This document shows, piece by piece, positions 20,097-29,775 of a stretch of 64,000 nucleotides of DNA. Made by a program: the position numbers and the translations under genes. The notes beneath the pieces were generated by a model that searched no databases, had not been told where the DNA came from, and worked only from the letters and a program-made list of their open reading frames with translations. Numbering within the stretch: position 1 is the stretch's first letter; each line of letters begins with the position of its first letter. Source of the DNA: a plasmid; sequence record NZ_CP120951.1; one strand, given 5' to 3'.

Positions 20097-21001
20097 GCAC
20101 CTCCCTTCTGACCCGGCAGCGGCGGTATCGCCGGCGTCGAGTCCGTGCGCGTCCAGTCCCGATCGACCGTGTAGCTCGTGACGCGAAAGCCGGTCGGATC
20201 CCGCTCGAGCTCCTCGCCCGATTCAGGCAAGTTGTCGTGGCGGTATGAAATCGTCGCCACCCAGTACTCGCTCTTCGGCTCGTTCAACGCGTTCCTCGGG
20301 TTCTGAACGGTCGCCAGCGGGATTAGCGTTTTCGAGAAAAACACCTGAGCAGTCGACCCGACGAACGTGATCGCCCCCACCTTCGCGACGATCCGAAACT
20401 GGTTCTTCAGCACTTTCTGTGGTGAGTCGGGGCGGTCGTAGAAAGCGACGTAGATCTCCTTTTCCTTGTCCGCCGACATCAACTTGACGGTGTCGTACAT
20501 ATCCTGAAGCGTTTCCCAGTCGTAACCCTCGCGCATCGTCACGTACCGGCGCAGATCCGCACGGTCCTGGATTTGCCCGAACGGCATTTCGCCGTCGCGC
20601 ACGACTCCGATCACGTTCGTCGTTCCGTTCGTGTCATTGGTACGGATCAACGCCGGTGGACTTGGCCTCTTTAGTTGTACTAAGGTGGCACCACCTAAAA
20701 AACCCGCCAAACCGAGCACACCTCCACCAATCGCAACCCGAATCGCGAACTGCGTCAGCTTCGCGCGTTCTTCCTGTTTCGATTGCTCGAATTCCAGCGC
20801 TCGATCCAGATACCAGCGCGCCTCGGCCGACAAGCTGGATTGCGCCTGCTTAGCCTCTTCTTCGCTAGTACGCGCCGGCGCGCCGACAGGCGCGGTTGCC
20901 TGTCGCGCCGGCAACGGCTTGCGCACCCCGCCACCCACGATTCGCGCGAGTCCGCGAGGTGTCGCACCGGTGCCAGCCGATGAACGTTTCAATCCAAACA
21001 T
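20093..21001 (-). CDS. virB8: VirB8.
   Basis: An AAGGAG RBS precedes the ATG at 21001. It has a single TM segment and a C-terminal NTF2-like region typical of VirB8. Confidence 0.8.
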   Translation of the reverse strand: MFGLKRSSAGTGATPRGLARIVGGGVRKPLPARQATAPVGAPARTSEEEAKQAQSSLSAEARWYLDRALEFEQSKQEERAKLTQFAIRVAIGGGVLGLAGFLGGATLVQLKRPSPPALIRTNDTNGTTNVIGVVRDGEMPFGQIQDRADLRRYVTMREGYDWETLQDMYDTVKLMSADKEKEIYVAFYDRPDSPQKVLKNQFRIVAKVGAITFVGSTAQVFFSKTLIPLATVQNPRNALNEPKSEYWVATISYRHDNLPESGEELERDPTGFRVTSYTVDRDWTRTDSTPAIPPLPGQKGGA

Positions 21002-21141
21002 TAACTTTCTCCTTCCACGGCCGGCACGCAGTTCACCGGCTCCCACGCACCTTTTGGCGACGGCAGCTCGTGCGACGACGCACAGCCACCCAGTACGCCG
21101 GCAGACACGACAATCAGCAGACGGGCTATCCATTGACGCAT
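21001..21141 (-). CDS. virB7: VirB7-like small lipoprotein.
   Basis: 46 aa with a lipobox LGGC. It lies between the eex-like gene and virB8, as in IncN/IncW systems. Confidence 0.6.
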   Translation of the reverse strand: MRQWIARLLIVVSAGVLGGCASSHELPSPKGAWEPVNCVPAVEGES

Positions 21142-21154
21142 GACCGACTCCGTA

Positions 21155-21514
21155 TCACTTAGCTTCCACCCGAACGTTCTCGTCACGCCGGAATTGCACA
21201 TGCTGCGTTTTCGGGTCATAGCTGATACTGATAGCGCCAATACCCATATTGATCTGCAGCATGCCGCTCACGAGCGTCGCCGGAACGCGACTCGAAGCAG
21301 CAGTCAAGTCACACTGATTTTTTGTGTCGAACCGGCAGCTGGTGACGATGAATCCATCTTGACCGCGTTCGATCACGAGATCGGCGCCGTATCGTTCATC
21401 CGGATGCAACTGCTTCCACCGACCGACGAATTCCTCTCCCTGTCGGGGCTGACAGCCCGTCACCGCGGCCGCTGCGGCCAACACCACGACCAATCCGAAA
21501 ACGTGTTGTTTCAT
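21155..21514 (-). CDS. Small lipoprotein, candidate entry-exclusion (Eex) protein.
   Basis: 119 aa with a lipobox VTGC and a GGAGGG RBS. Its position between virB6 and virB7 matches eex in pKM101. The longer track ORF is rejected. Confidence 0.5.
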   Translation of the reverse strand: MKQHVFGLVVVLAAAAAVTGCQPRQGEEFVGRWKQLHPDERYGADLVIERGQDGFIVTSCRFDTKNQCDLTAASSRVPATLVSGMLQINMGIGAISISYDPKTQHVQFRRDENVRVEAK

Positions 21515-21531
21515 CTTGCCCTCCAGTTGTT

Positions 21532-22470
21532 CTATGCTTTTGCCGCGCCGATTGAGCCACCCGAGCGGCCACCGCCACCCAGGCCGCCCAATTTCTTCGC
21601 CGCAGCCGCCACGCCGCGCGCGGCGCCACTCAAATTCCCGACCATCGATGAGATGCCGACGCCCCCAGCCAGCTGCGAGGCAAGCGACGGCAGATTCAGC
21701 GACACGATGATGAACACGATGCCGCTCGCCCAGATCTTCGCGATCGTCACCCAAGTCAGCATGTAATCGCTCGCGGTGAAGCTCTTGGGAAGATGGCTTG
21801 TCGCGTAGTTGACCTCGACGGCGCCGGCCGCAGCGAACAACGCAACCAAAATGCCGTAGTTCACACACTGCCCGACCCACGCATCAAAGAATCGACGCGT
21901 CGGCGGAAACAGTGCGCACGCGATGAACATCGGCCCAAGCGCGAGCAGCAGGCCCAGCGCAAACTTCGCGAGAATGATGAACGCGCACGCGATACCCAGG
22001 AAAATCGTTCCAACAAACAACAGCGCGAACGAAAGCGAGATGAGTTCGATCCACACCCCGACCTCGAAGATGCCCGGATTCATCTGCTTGAAGCCGTTCT
22101 GTATCGCCGTTACATATAGATTCAACAGGTTGTCGAGTGCCGACATGCCGGAGTTACCGTGCGTGATAGCCTTCGCGATATCGTCCCCGAATCCATTGAA
22201 GAACGGCACGACATACTGGCTGTAGTACTGGATGTTCATCCCACATACGAGCACGACCAGCCAGCCGCAGGCTTTCAGGAGGAAATCGACGATCGGCATC
22301 TCCTCCTGCCCGCGCATGTACGAAACCATCACAAGCAGCACGTAGATGCCAAAGCCGGCCGAGACAAGAGGCGAGATCATCGAGATGATCTGCGACGAGC
22401 CGCTGTTGATGGTTTGCAGGATGGATTCGTCGAACCCCTGCTCCATCGTAGTAAAAACGTCGATTGCCAT
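21532..22470 (-). CDS. virB6: VirB6/TrbL polytopic inner-membrane protein.
   Basis: Multiple TM helices and a Gly-rich C-terminus. The ATG at 22470 has an AGGTGG RBS. Confidence 0.8.
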   Translation of the reverse strand: MAIDVFTTMEQGFDESILQTINSGSSQIISMISPLVSAGFGIYVLLVMVSYMRGQEEMPIVDFLLKACGWLVVLVCGMNIQYYSQYVVPFFNGFGDDIAKAITHGNSGMSALDNLLNLYVTAIQNGFKQMNPGIFEVGVWIELISLSFALLFVGTIFLGIACAFIILAKFALGLLLALGPMFIACALFPPTRRFFDAWVGQCVNYGILVALFAAAGAVEVNYATSHLPKSFTASDYMLTWVTIAKIWASGIVFIIVSLNLPSLASQLAGGVGISSMVGNLSGAARGVAAAAKKLGGLGGGGRSGGSIGAAKA

Positions 22471-22499
22471 GATCGCCACCTATAGAAGTTAGCCGCCGC

Positions 22500-23171
22500 T
22501 CATTCGTCCGCGGTCATCTTGCTCATGACCGCCTGATTCGCCTGACGTGCAGCAAGCTTCTCTTCGACAGCCTGCAGCTGCTGAACGAGATTCAAGCGCG
22601 TCTGTTCGGACTGGATCTGCGCGTTCTCGGCGGCAAATCGGTTCGCGAGATCGGCCTTCGCCGCGGGATCCTGCGTCGTATCCGACTGCTGCATCAGGGA
22701 CTGAATGTTCTGCAGGCGCTCGATCACAGCGTCGTACGCCTTCTGCGTAATCGCCTTGTTGGTCGCAAGCGTCGTGATGTAGCGCGAGACGCCCGGCGCC
22801 ATCGATGCGTTCACCGTCATACCTTCCTGCCGCATGATTTCGTCGGCCACGCCCGAAATGCCGTTCAGCCGCCCGGCGTTCGCCAGGTCGTAAATCGACT
22901 TCCAGTTATCAGGCAAATAGTTGCGCAGCGCCGGGTTGTTGAAAATCAGCCCGAGGCCGCGATTGCCCTTGATCATGTTGATCTGATTCACAACCTGGTC
23001 ATACTGCATTTTCAGTTGTTTGACGGTGGCGATCGCCTGCGCGACGCCCGCTAGGTCAAACGTCGGAATTCCGGGCCCTGTCTGCGCCAGCGCAATCGAC
23101 GGCGCAGCGCCGAGCAATGCACCGACCATCACAACCGCCCTGGCTACCTTCGTAATTCGCATCGTGTTCAT
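22500..23171 (-). CDS. virB5: VirB5 minor pilus component.
   Basis: It has a signal peptide and an alpha-helical 223-aa protein. A GAGGAG RBS is present. Confidence 0.75.
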   Translation of the reverse strand: MNTMRITKVARAVVMVGALLGAAPSIALAQTGPGIPTFDLAGVAQAIATVKQLKMQYDQVVNQINMIKGNRGLGLIFNNPALRNYLPDNWKSIYDLANAGRLNGISGVADEIMRQEGMTVNASMAPGVSRYITTLATNKAITQKAYDAVIERLQNIQSLMQQSDTTQDPAAKADLANRFAAENAQIQSEQTRLNLVQQLQAVEEKLAARQANQAVMSKMTADE

Positions 23172-23214
23172 GCTGGTTCTCCTCGCCGACCCCGTGTCGG
23201 CCTATCCCGCATCA

Positions 23215-23640
23215 TCAAAAGCCCGGCATCGACAGCCGATCGATCTGTTGAATCCATTGTTGAACCCGTCGAAGTGCATCCTCGCACCTCAACCGGCGCA
23301 GCGATCCGACGACTTGCATACACGACTGATGATCAACGCCGGTCGGTGAAGCGGCCGTACAAGACACGGCCAATCTCACCTCGTGTGACGTTCGAACACG
23401 TTCCCGCTCCAGCGAAATAAGGTTCAACAGATGGTTGTCAGCAAGGACCTGCCGTGCGTAGATATCCACCAGTGTCGGAACAGAAACATGCCGACAGCTT
23501 TTCAGACCAGTCGCCCCAATGATCGACGACGAAGTCGTCGAATCAATCCCGCTCCCGTGCGCTGCGCCCACCCAACATGCGCCGATAACCGGCAACATCC
23601 ACACAGCCGCACGAAAGGGTCGAATACGATCGATTTTCAT
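23215..23640 (-). CDS. Small secreted protein of unknown function inserted between virB4 and virB5.
   Basis: It has a signal peptide and a CAGGAG RBS. The start overlaps the virB4 stop. Confidence 0.5.
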   Translation of the reverse strand: MKIDRIRPFRAAVWMLPVIGACWVGAAHGSGIDSTTSSSIIGATGLKSCRHVSVPTLVDIYARQVLADNHLLNLISLERERVRTSHEVRLAVSCTAASPTGVDHQSCMQVVGSLRRLRCEDALRRVQQWIQQIDRLSMPGF

Positions 23641-26030
23641 ACCGTGACTCCTGCCGGAGACGTTCGCCCGATATCCGCTGACATGGGTTTGCGATCACGC
23701 TTACCCTTCCGGCGTGCTTGGAAGAGCTCCATTCGCAGTTCGGGATCGCCGTCAGCCTCCAGGCTCGCCTCCTCCCAGATGGCGACGTTCTCGAGGTTCG
23801 CCGACAGCACGGACAGTTCGTCGGAGAAACCGCGCAGATCGAGCGTCGCGAACGCCGACTGGTTGCCCTGCTTGATCAGGAAGGTATGCGAGCCCTTCGT
23901 GCAGATACGCTTGAATTCGGTGAATTCACGGTCGGTCATAAGTTCACCGTAGCTCGCACGCGTCGCGCTCGGGTTCGGCAGGAAGATTTTCGTCGCCGTG
24001 AGCTGCATGATGGCGCCGCAAATCGGGCTCTTGAGCACTTCGTCAGGCGTCTGCGATACGAGAATCACGAACTCGTCGGCGCGCCGGCCGACGCGCAGGC
24101 TGCGCTCGATCATCTTCTGGGTCGTCGGGTACGACAGCGGCAACCAAAACTCCTCGATGATCGTCGCAAGCAAGCCGCCGCGCACCTGCATCAGGCTCTT
24201 CAAATACAGCAGGAACGCAAGCACCGGCTCGGTCGGGGCGTAATCCTTCCTCAGGAAGTCCGTGACGTCGAACCCGATCCGATGGAACTGCGCCATGTCG
24301 ATCTCAGTGTCCGACGCGTTGTCGAGTGCCCAGGCAAAGCGCCCGCCTTCCGATTCGCACCAGATACCGAGCCGACGACGCAGACAACCCTCGCCCATGT
24401 CCGGAATGCTTTCGAGCAGGCGCGAGAAGCGGCGATCGCGAACGTTCGTGAGCGAATAGACTGCGTCGACGCCCAGCTTGATCGCGCGGGTGTCCTCGAC
24501 ACTCAGCCGACCGTGTTCGTCGCGACCGCACGCGCCAACCAGGTCGTACAGGAATTCGAGGTTGCGTGCCGTCTTCGGCAACGCGAACGGGGCAAGGCCA
24601 GTACGCTCGCCCGCACGCAGCGGGAAATAAACACCACCGAGCTCCTCGATAAAGATCTGCATGCTGCGATCCATGTCGAGGGCAAACATCTTCGTGTTGA
24701 AGCGCTCCAGGAAGCCAACCAGCATCTCCTGCAGCGTGGTCTTGCCTTCCCCGGTGTCGCCAATTGCCACCGTGTGGCCAGCGATCTTTTCGCCGGTGTT
24801 GTTCTCGTCGTTTTTCGTGACGTGGAAGTTGAAGCTATACAGCCCCTTCGATTCGGTCTGCAGCGGAATCACGGCCGTTCCGTCGCCGATCGGATTGCCG
24901 CGCGCCTTGCCCGTCGAATAGTTGTGCAGGCTGAACGTCGATGCGAGATTGCGTGTCGATTTCGGCATCGGCCGCGGCTTGTGCTTCGCGCCCGGCAGCT
25001 GGCTCATGAACGTAATCGGCGCCGACAGCGTCGCCTTGATCCAACGCAGGCCACACTCGTTCAACGACTTGCTGGACGCGAACGCGCCGTTGTCGATTGC
25101 CTTCTTGGCGGTGTCCCCATACACGACGAGTGCTGCATGGTATTCACCAAACGCAAGATCGCGCCCGGCGATCAACGCCTGCGCATGCTCCAGCTCCTCA
25201 CGCTGGTGCACTGCCTTGTCCTCCACCGAACTGAGTTTGTTCGCCTGGTCGGCAATTTTTGACAGCGCTTCGTAGTTCCCCATCCCGATAAACGAGATCG
25301 TGAGCGTGAATTCAACCGGAAGCGTCAACATCGGGTTCAGATGGCCCCATCCCATCTGCGGCAGATCCTTCAGGTCGTAGCACATGCAATATCGCGTCTT
25401 GTGCGCGGCCCGAATCTCCAGCACGTCGTAGTGGAAGTGGTGCATCGCCGACGGGATGATTTCGCGTCCTGTCGACGCCGTCACCGGAATCGGCTCCTCG
25501 ACACCGTTCATCAGTTCGGCAAAGAACGCGAGCGGTTCGCTGAACATAACGCCGTGCCGCTCGACCACGCGCAGGAAGGTCGGATCGTAGATCGCCAACG
25601 CCTTGTCGATCGTCTCGGCCATCTCGTGCATTTCCGGGATCAGCTCGTGCAGGTCTTCGCCCTTCAGGATGAAGGTGATATAGAACGCGTTCTCGAAATA
25701 GTTGCCGTTCTGAAATCGCTTCAGATATTTGTCGGAGAGGCGCTGCATGAAGCGCGACGTGAATCCGTATTCGTCGTCGAACGTCACGCGTCGGCGCGTG
25801 AACGTGCACCACATGCCCAGACGATTTCCCTTGTCCATCACCAGCGCCGCCAGAAAGCGGTTCAGCGCTTCGAAATGCGATTCGATCTCGGCGGTCGGCA
25901 CCGACTCGAACGGGATACCCGGCAGGCGCACGACGATCGCCGCGCGATCGTCTTCGTAGCTCGTGACAATCTCCGAGATCGGCCGGCCGATCTTCGGCAT
26001 CAGATCCTCGATAGCCGGCTGATTTTTCAT
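23637..26030 (-). CDS. virB4: VirB4 type IV secretion ATPase.
   Basis: Walker A (GDTGEGKTT) and the CagE/TrbE/VirB4 blocks are present. The start is placed at the ATG giving MKNQPAIEDL. The track start is a non-ATG codon upstream. Confidence 0.9.
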   Translation of the reverse strand: MKNQPAIEDLMPKIGRPISEIVTSYEDDRAAIVVRLPGIPFESVPTAEIESHFEALNRFLAALVMDKGNRLGMWCTFTRRRVTFDDEYGFTSRFMQRLSDKYLKRFQNGNYFENAFYITFILKGEDLHELIPEMHEMAETIDKALAIYDPTFLRVVERHGVMFSEPLAFFAELMNGVEEPIPVTASTGREIIPSAMHHFHYDVLEIRAAHKTRYCMCYDLKDLPQMGWGHLNPMLTLPVEFTLTISFIGMGNYEALSKIADQANKLSSVEDKAVHQREELEHAQALIAGRDLAFGEYHAALVVYGDTAKKAIDNGAFASSKSLNECGLRWIKATLSAPITFMSQLPGAKHKPRPMPKSTRNLASTFSLHNYSTGKARGNPIGDGTAVIPLQTESKGLYSFNFHVTKNDENNTGEKIAGHTVAIGDTGEGKTTLQEMLVGFLERFNTKMFALDMDRSMQIFIEELGGVYFPLRAGERTGLAPFALPKTARNLEFLYDLVGACGRDEHGRLSVEDTRAIKLGVDAVYSLTNVRDRRFSRLLESIPDMGEGCLRRRLGIWCESEGGRFAWALDNASDTEIDMAQFHRIGFDVTDFLRKDYAPTEPVLAFLLYLKSLMQVRGGLLATIIEEFWLPLSYPTTQKMIERSLRVGRRADEFVILVSQTPDEVLKSPICGAIMQLTATKIFLPNPSATRASYGELMTDREFTEFKRICTKGSHTFLIKQGNQSAFATLDLRGFSDELSVLSANLENVAIWEEASLEADGDPELRMELFQARRKGKRDRKPMSADIGRTSPAGVTV

Positions 26031-26100
26031 CAGTTCGCTCGTCAGCACGATTCCCCCTCTGGTCTTATGCTCAAGCCGCCCCAATTCATCGACGTTTTCA

Positions 26101-26550
26101 TCACAGCACACCCTCCGCTTCCGTCGCCAGACGTTCTTCCTCGAGCTCGGCCTTGAAGCGCGCGATGAATCGCTCTTGCAACTCAAGCGAAAGCGGTCGC
26201 GCTAGCTGCTCGCGGATCTGCCGGTACGAACGCCCGTAACGCATCGGCGCGAGCGTGTACGTCTTGCCAAACAGCGACGCATTCTTGCGACGTAGCACAC
26301 ACATGAGTTCGAACCACGTGATCCGCAGTGCCTGGTCATCAGTCGCGCAGACGTGCTTGAAATACATGATGATCGGCACGCCCGGCAGACCGAGCACGAA
26401 TCCGCCCGGCCCCATGAAGGCCGCGCCCGCGAGCGAAAAGAACATGCTCGCGACGAACACGGCCAGTCCGGGCAGCAGCGGGATACCCCACTGCATCGCG
26501 GTCCGGTTCAACCCCGCGTAAGACGGATACAAGGTCTTCTCGGTGCTCAT
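26101..26550 (-). CDS. virB3: VirB3.
   Basis: 149 aa with a membrane hairpin, upstream of virB4. Confidence 0.75.
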   Translation of the reverse strand: MSTEKTLYPSYAGLNRTAMQWGIPLLPGLAVFVASMFFSLAGAAFMGPGGFVLGLPGVPIIMYFKHVCATDDQALRITWFELMCVLRRKNASLFGKTYTLAPMRYGRSYRQIREQLARPLSLELQERFIARFKAELEEERLATEAEGVL

Positions 26551-26556
26551 CGCCGA

Positions 26557-26880
26557 TCAGCTCCCACCGGCCGAGAAGAGCCAACCAGCCAGCACCACGG
26601 CTCCGCCGCAGACAAACACCTTGACACACGACATCCCGAAATCGTGCACCCAGTCGCCGCCTGCTTTAAACGCTGCGATCCCTTCCTTGATCAGGTAGAG
26701 GGCAGCGACGATCGCAGCGCACGCGTACAACCAGATCTGCAAGGTCGACAGCCCCTGCTTCCCCGTGTCGAGGCCACCCGCCTGGGCGCTGACAGCAACG
26801 CCGGTCAAAGCGATCGCAACCAGCGTTTCGCGCACGCACCGCTGGTCGAGCGGCGCAAACAATTTCTTCAGATAGTTCAT
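26557..26880 (-). CDS. virB2: VirB2 pilin.
   Basis: It has a long signal peptide and two hydrophobic helices. An AAGGAG RBS is present, with an ATGA overlap to virB1. Confidence 0.75.
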   Translation of the reverse strand: MNYLKKLFAPLDQRCVRETLVAIALTGVAVSAQAGGLDTGKQGLSTLQIWLYACAAIVAALYLIKEGIAAFKAGGDWVHDFGMSCVKVFVCGGAVVLAGWLFSAGGS

Positions 26881-27584
26881 TCCCGGTTCTCCTTTGTCGC
26901 TCCAAAATCCCCAAATACATCCCAACCTGAACCTTTCGAAGGTGCGCCGGCTGCCGCATCGCCCTTCGTCACACGCTTTACGCGCCGCGCGGGCGCCCCG
27001 TCCGGTACAACCGCGATCGCCGGCACCGCAGCGGCCGGCGCATCGGCCGACGTTGCCGTGTTACCCGATGTAGGTTCCCGCGTCAGCTTCCCGGCGTCGC
27101 TCTGCTGCGTCTGCGGCGACGCCTGCGCGACCACGCGCTGCACGTAGCTCGTGCCATCCTTCTCGATCTTGAATCCGCGCTGAATGTTGCCGCTGTAGTA
27201 GCAGGACAACGCGTGGCGCAACGCCCGTTGCCCGGGACCTGCCGCGATCGACGCGCGCCGGTAACAGTCGGCCAGGATCTCGCTGCCTGCACGCAGGTTT
27301 GCGCATGGATCGAATGCAGCGCCGCCAACCAGCCCATAGCGAGCAAAGTTCGCGCGATTCACCTGCGCCAGGCCGACGCTGTAATTCCAGCCAGCTCGCT
27401 CGAGTGCTGCGGCCGTCGCTTCGGCTTCGGCCTGCGTGCGCGGCTGGCGCACGAGACGTCCGCCAACCACACCGATCGCAAACGGATTCGCGCCGGATTC
27501 GTTGCGTACGACAGCTGAGAGCGTCACCGGGTGAACGGCTGGCGCACACGTCGACGCGAGTACAGGAAGATCGATCGCAATCAT
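26877..27584 (-). CDS. virB1: VirB1 lytic transglycosylase.
   Basis: An SLT-domain-like N-terminus, a Pro/Ala-rich C-terminus and a GGGAGG RBS. Confidence 0.75.
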   Translation of the reverse strand: MIAIDLPVLASTCAPAVHPVTLSAVVRNESGANPFAIGVVGGRLVRQPRTQAEAEATAAALERAGWNYSVGLAQVNRANFARYGLVGGAAFDPCANLRAGSEILADCYRRASIAAGPGQRALRHALSCYYSGNIQRGFKIEKDGTSYVQRVVAQASPQTQQSDAGKLTREPTSGNTATSADAPAAAVPAIAVVPDGAPARRVKRVTKGDAAAGAPSKGSGWDVFGDFGATKENRE

Positions 27585-27586
27585 CG

Positions 27587-28213
27587 TCAGTGCCTCCCAC
27601 CGCCGCCAAAAAATCCCTGGTCGTTGCGTTGCTGGTATTCCTTCAGGAACTCGGCACCGGCCTTTGTCGGGTCATACGCCGGATACGGCGTCGGGCCCAC
27701 GTAGTTTTCCGTGATGGTGTGCGGGCCGCCCTGGATGTTCCCGATCAGCCCACCGCCATTTACGCCCCACCACACTCGCGTATGCAGCTGGCCGTTGATC
27801 ATCACGTTGATCGCACCAGAAGCCTTACATACGAGTTCGCTCTGCTCGTGGCCCCCCCAACCCACCAGATCCTTTCGGCAATAGCCACCGCTTGCCCACG
27901 TATTCGACGCCGACGACCCTTTGCCATAGCTTTCGAGTGTTCCCGGTTCAAACGCGTCGACGAGTTCCGCCGGCAGGCTCGCGAGTGACGCCACCAGGTC
28001 GCAGGTCGGAAACGGGTTGCCATGGCGCAGTGCGTCCCACAGCTTCTCGATCGGCGGCACGCACTCTTTCTCCGATTCCGGCCCGCGCGGATCCGACAGG
28101 CAAATCAACACCTGACACCCCCAGCCATCTGCGAGCGCCACGCGCGCTGGCACCAGCGTGACGACCGCGATCGCAGCAAGCAGGACCACACGCTTCAGTC
28201 GAAATTTCTTCAT
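27587..28213 (-). CDS. Secreted protein of unknown function.
   Basis: It has a signal peptide and conserved cysteines. The start overlaps the upstream stop. Confidence 0.5.
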   Translation of the reverse strand: MKKFRLKRVVLLAAIAVVTLVPARVALADGWGCQVLICLSDPRGPESEKECVPPIEKLWDALRHGNPFPTCDLVASLASLPAELVDAFEPGTLESYGKGSSASNTWASGGYCRKDLVGWGGHEQSELVCKASGAINVMINGQLHTRVWWGVNGGGLIGNIQGGPHTITENYVGPTPYPAYDPTKAGAEFLKEYQQRNDQGFFGGGGRH

Positions 28214-28518
28214 GTCCGCGCTCCGGCGTCCGAGGCATCAGGCCATGCATGGAAGAAACCTCGCGCCGATGCCGGCACCTGCATGAGCGGCACCACATGA
28301 CGGCGAGTCGAGATCATGTCCCGGTACAGTTCCTCGAGCTGCTTGCGCTGATGCTCATGCAGGTCGAAGGCGTGACCGGCTGTGCTGACCTCGAGCGGGC
28401 GTCGACGCAGCCGATTGATCGCAGCTTCGACTTGCAGCAGCGTAATCGGGGTATCGGCCGATGCTTCTTTGGCATGAGCCGGAGCTCGTGCCTGATCGGA
28501 TCGAGAGGGCCGTGGCAT
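28210..28518 (-). CDS. Hypothetical small protein.
   Basis: An AAGGAG RBS precedes the ATG at 28518. Confidence 0.4.
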   Translation of the reverse strand: MPRPSRSDQARAPAHAKEASADTPITLLQVEAAINRLRRRPLEVSTAGHAFDLHEHQRKQLEELYRDMISTRRHVVPLMQVPASARGFFHAWPDASDAGART

Positions 28519-28529
28519 CACATCGCTCC

Positions 28530-29687
28530 TTATTGCGCGCCGGTAGTGAACGACCAGGACGTCGAGATCGGCGAGCCGTCGCGTGCGCCGGCAAACGTCA
28601 CCGTGTACTTCGTATTGGCCTTCAGCTGCGCAAGCGGCAGCAGAAAAGCAACGCCGGGCGAAAGTCCATTGTTCGGGTCAGCCGTAACAGAAGCGGTCGA
28701 CCCCGCCACCGCGCCTTGCGGAACGAGGATGCGAGCAGACACTGCTGCGCCGGTGTTGTCGACAAGCTGGAAGTTCGAAACCGTCAGCGTGTTCCCGGCG
28801 GCCGCGTTCACGCGGACCATGATGGGTCGGCCAGGCGCCCCCAGATCCGGTGCCGGATTCGGGACTTCCCCAAGCGTCAGTGCCGTCGCCACACCGGCCT
28901 CGTCAATGTACGGCGCGTGAACGATCAGGTTCGTCGCGAATTGCTGTCCACCGCTCGAAGGAATCGAGTTCGTTTGCGTCGGCACACTGAGATTCGGTGC
29001 GGCCGGAACACCCGTCGTCGTCCCCATGTCGAGAACGCAAAATGACCACATCGCCGGTTGCTGCCCGGCCGGCGGCGTCGTTACCGTCGTAGCGACACCG
29101 ACACCCATGCTTTCCGAGTTTGCGGTCACGCCTTGCAGGTGATAGACGCTGTTAAGCCAGGTATTCGCGCAATCTGCGCCAGTCGTTTGCACGACCGGCC
29201 CATAGCCGCTGAAGGCCACTTCGCCGACCCATTCAGTCGACGGCGCGCCGGCCACCTGCGCACGCTGAACCGGCGACGCACCGGTATAGCCCGGAAGCGA
29301 CGCGTTTTCGTCGTGACCCAGCGCAGAAATCGCGCGGCTCGGAACGTTTTGCAAACCATAGTTGGCGTGAGCGATCGCCGCCTTATCCAGATCCGCGTCC
29401 TGTTTCATCAAGCCAACACCCAATGCCTGACGATAGGCGTTCAACTTCGAAAAAATCGTCGCGCTGGGCGAATCGCTGGCATACGTCGGGGCAGGCACGC
29501 TGGTTTGAGGCGGCACGGACGTCGAGCTTCCAGGTGTCGGCGGCACTGCCGGCGTCGACGGTTGCGTGGCTCCTGCGTTCGAACCATTGCTTCCACCGTC
29601 ACCACCACCGCCCCCGCATGCGGACAACGCAATGGCTACAGCAACAGAGATCACGGCCAGCTTGATGACGTTCTTTTCGGTATTCAT
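28530..29687 (-). CDS. CAP/SCP (PR-1-like) domain lipoprotein with a C-terminal Ig-like region.
   Basis: A lipobox LSACGGG, a Pro/Thr/Ser-rich linker, a CAP-like core (HYTQVVW-type region) and a GAGGGG RBS. Confidence 0.6.
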   Translation of the reverse strand: MNTEKNVIKLAVISVAVAIALSACGGGGGDGGSNGSNAGATQPSTPAVPPTPGSSTSVPPQTSVPAPTYASDSPSATIFSKLNAYRQALGVGLMKQDADLDKAAIAHANYGLQNVPSRAISALGHDENASLPGYTGASPVQRAQVAGAPSTEWVGEVAFSGYGPVVQTTGADCANTWLNSVYHLQGVTANSESMGVGVATTVTTPPAGQQPAMWSFCVLDMGTTTGVPAAPNLSVPTQTNSIPSSGGQQFATNLIVHAPYIDEAGVATALTLGEVPNPAPDLGAPGRPIMVRVNAAAGNTLTVSNFQLVDNTGAAVSARILVPQGAVAGSTASVTADPNNGLSPGVAFLLPLAQLKANTKYTVTFAGARDGSPISTSWSFTTGAQ

Positions 29688-29775
29688 GAATGCCCCTCGG
29701 ATAAATGTTTTACACAACGATTAAGATGCTCTGCCTTGCCTTAAACGCGTCGAGCGCGCTGCACTTCCCATTCGC

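Noticed and set aside
21155-21880. 241-aa version of the lipoprotein ORF.
   Set aside because: The upstream part overlaps virB6. The lipoprotein signal peptide begins at the internal ATG at 21514, which has a good RBS.
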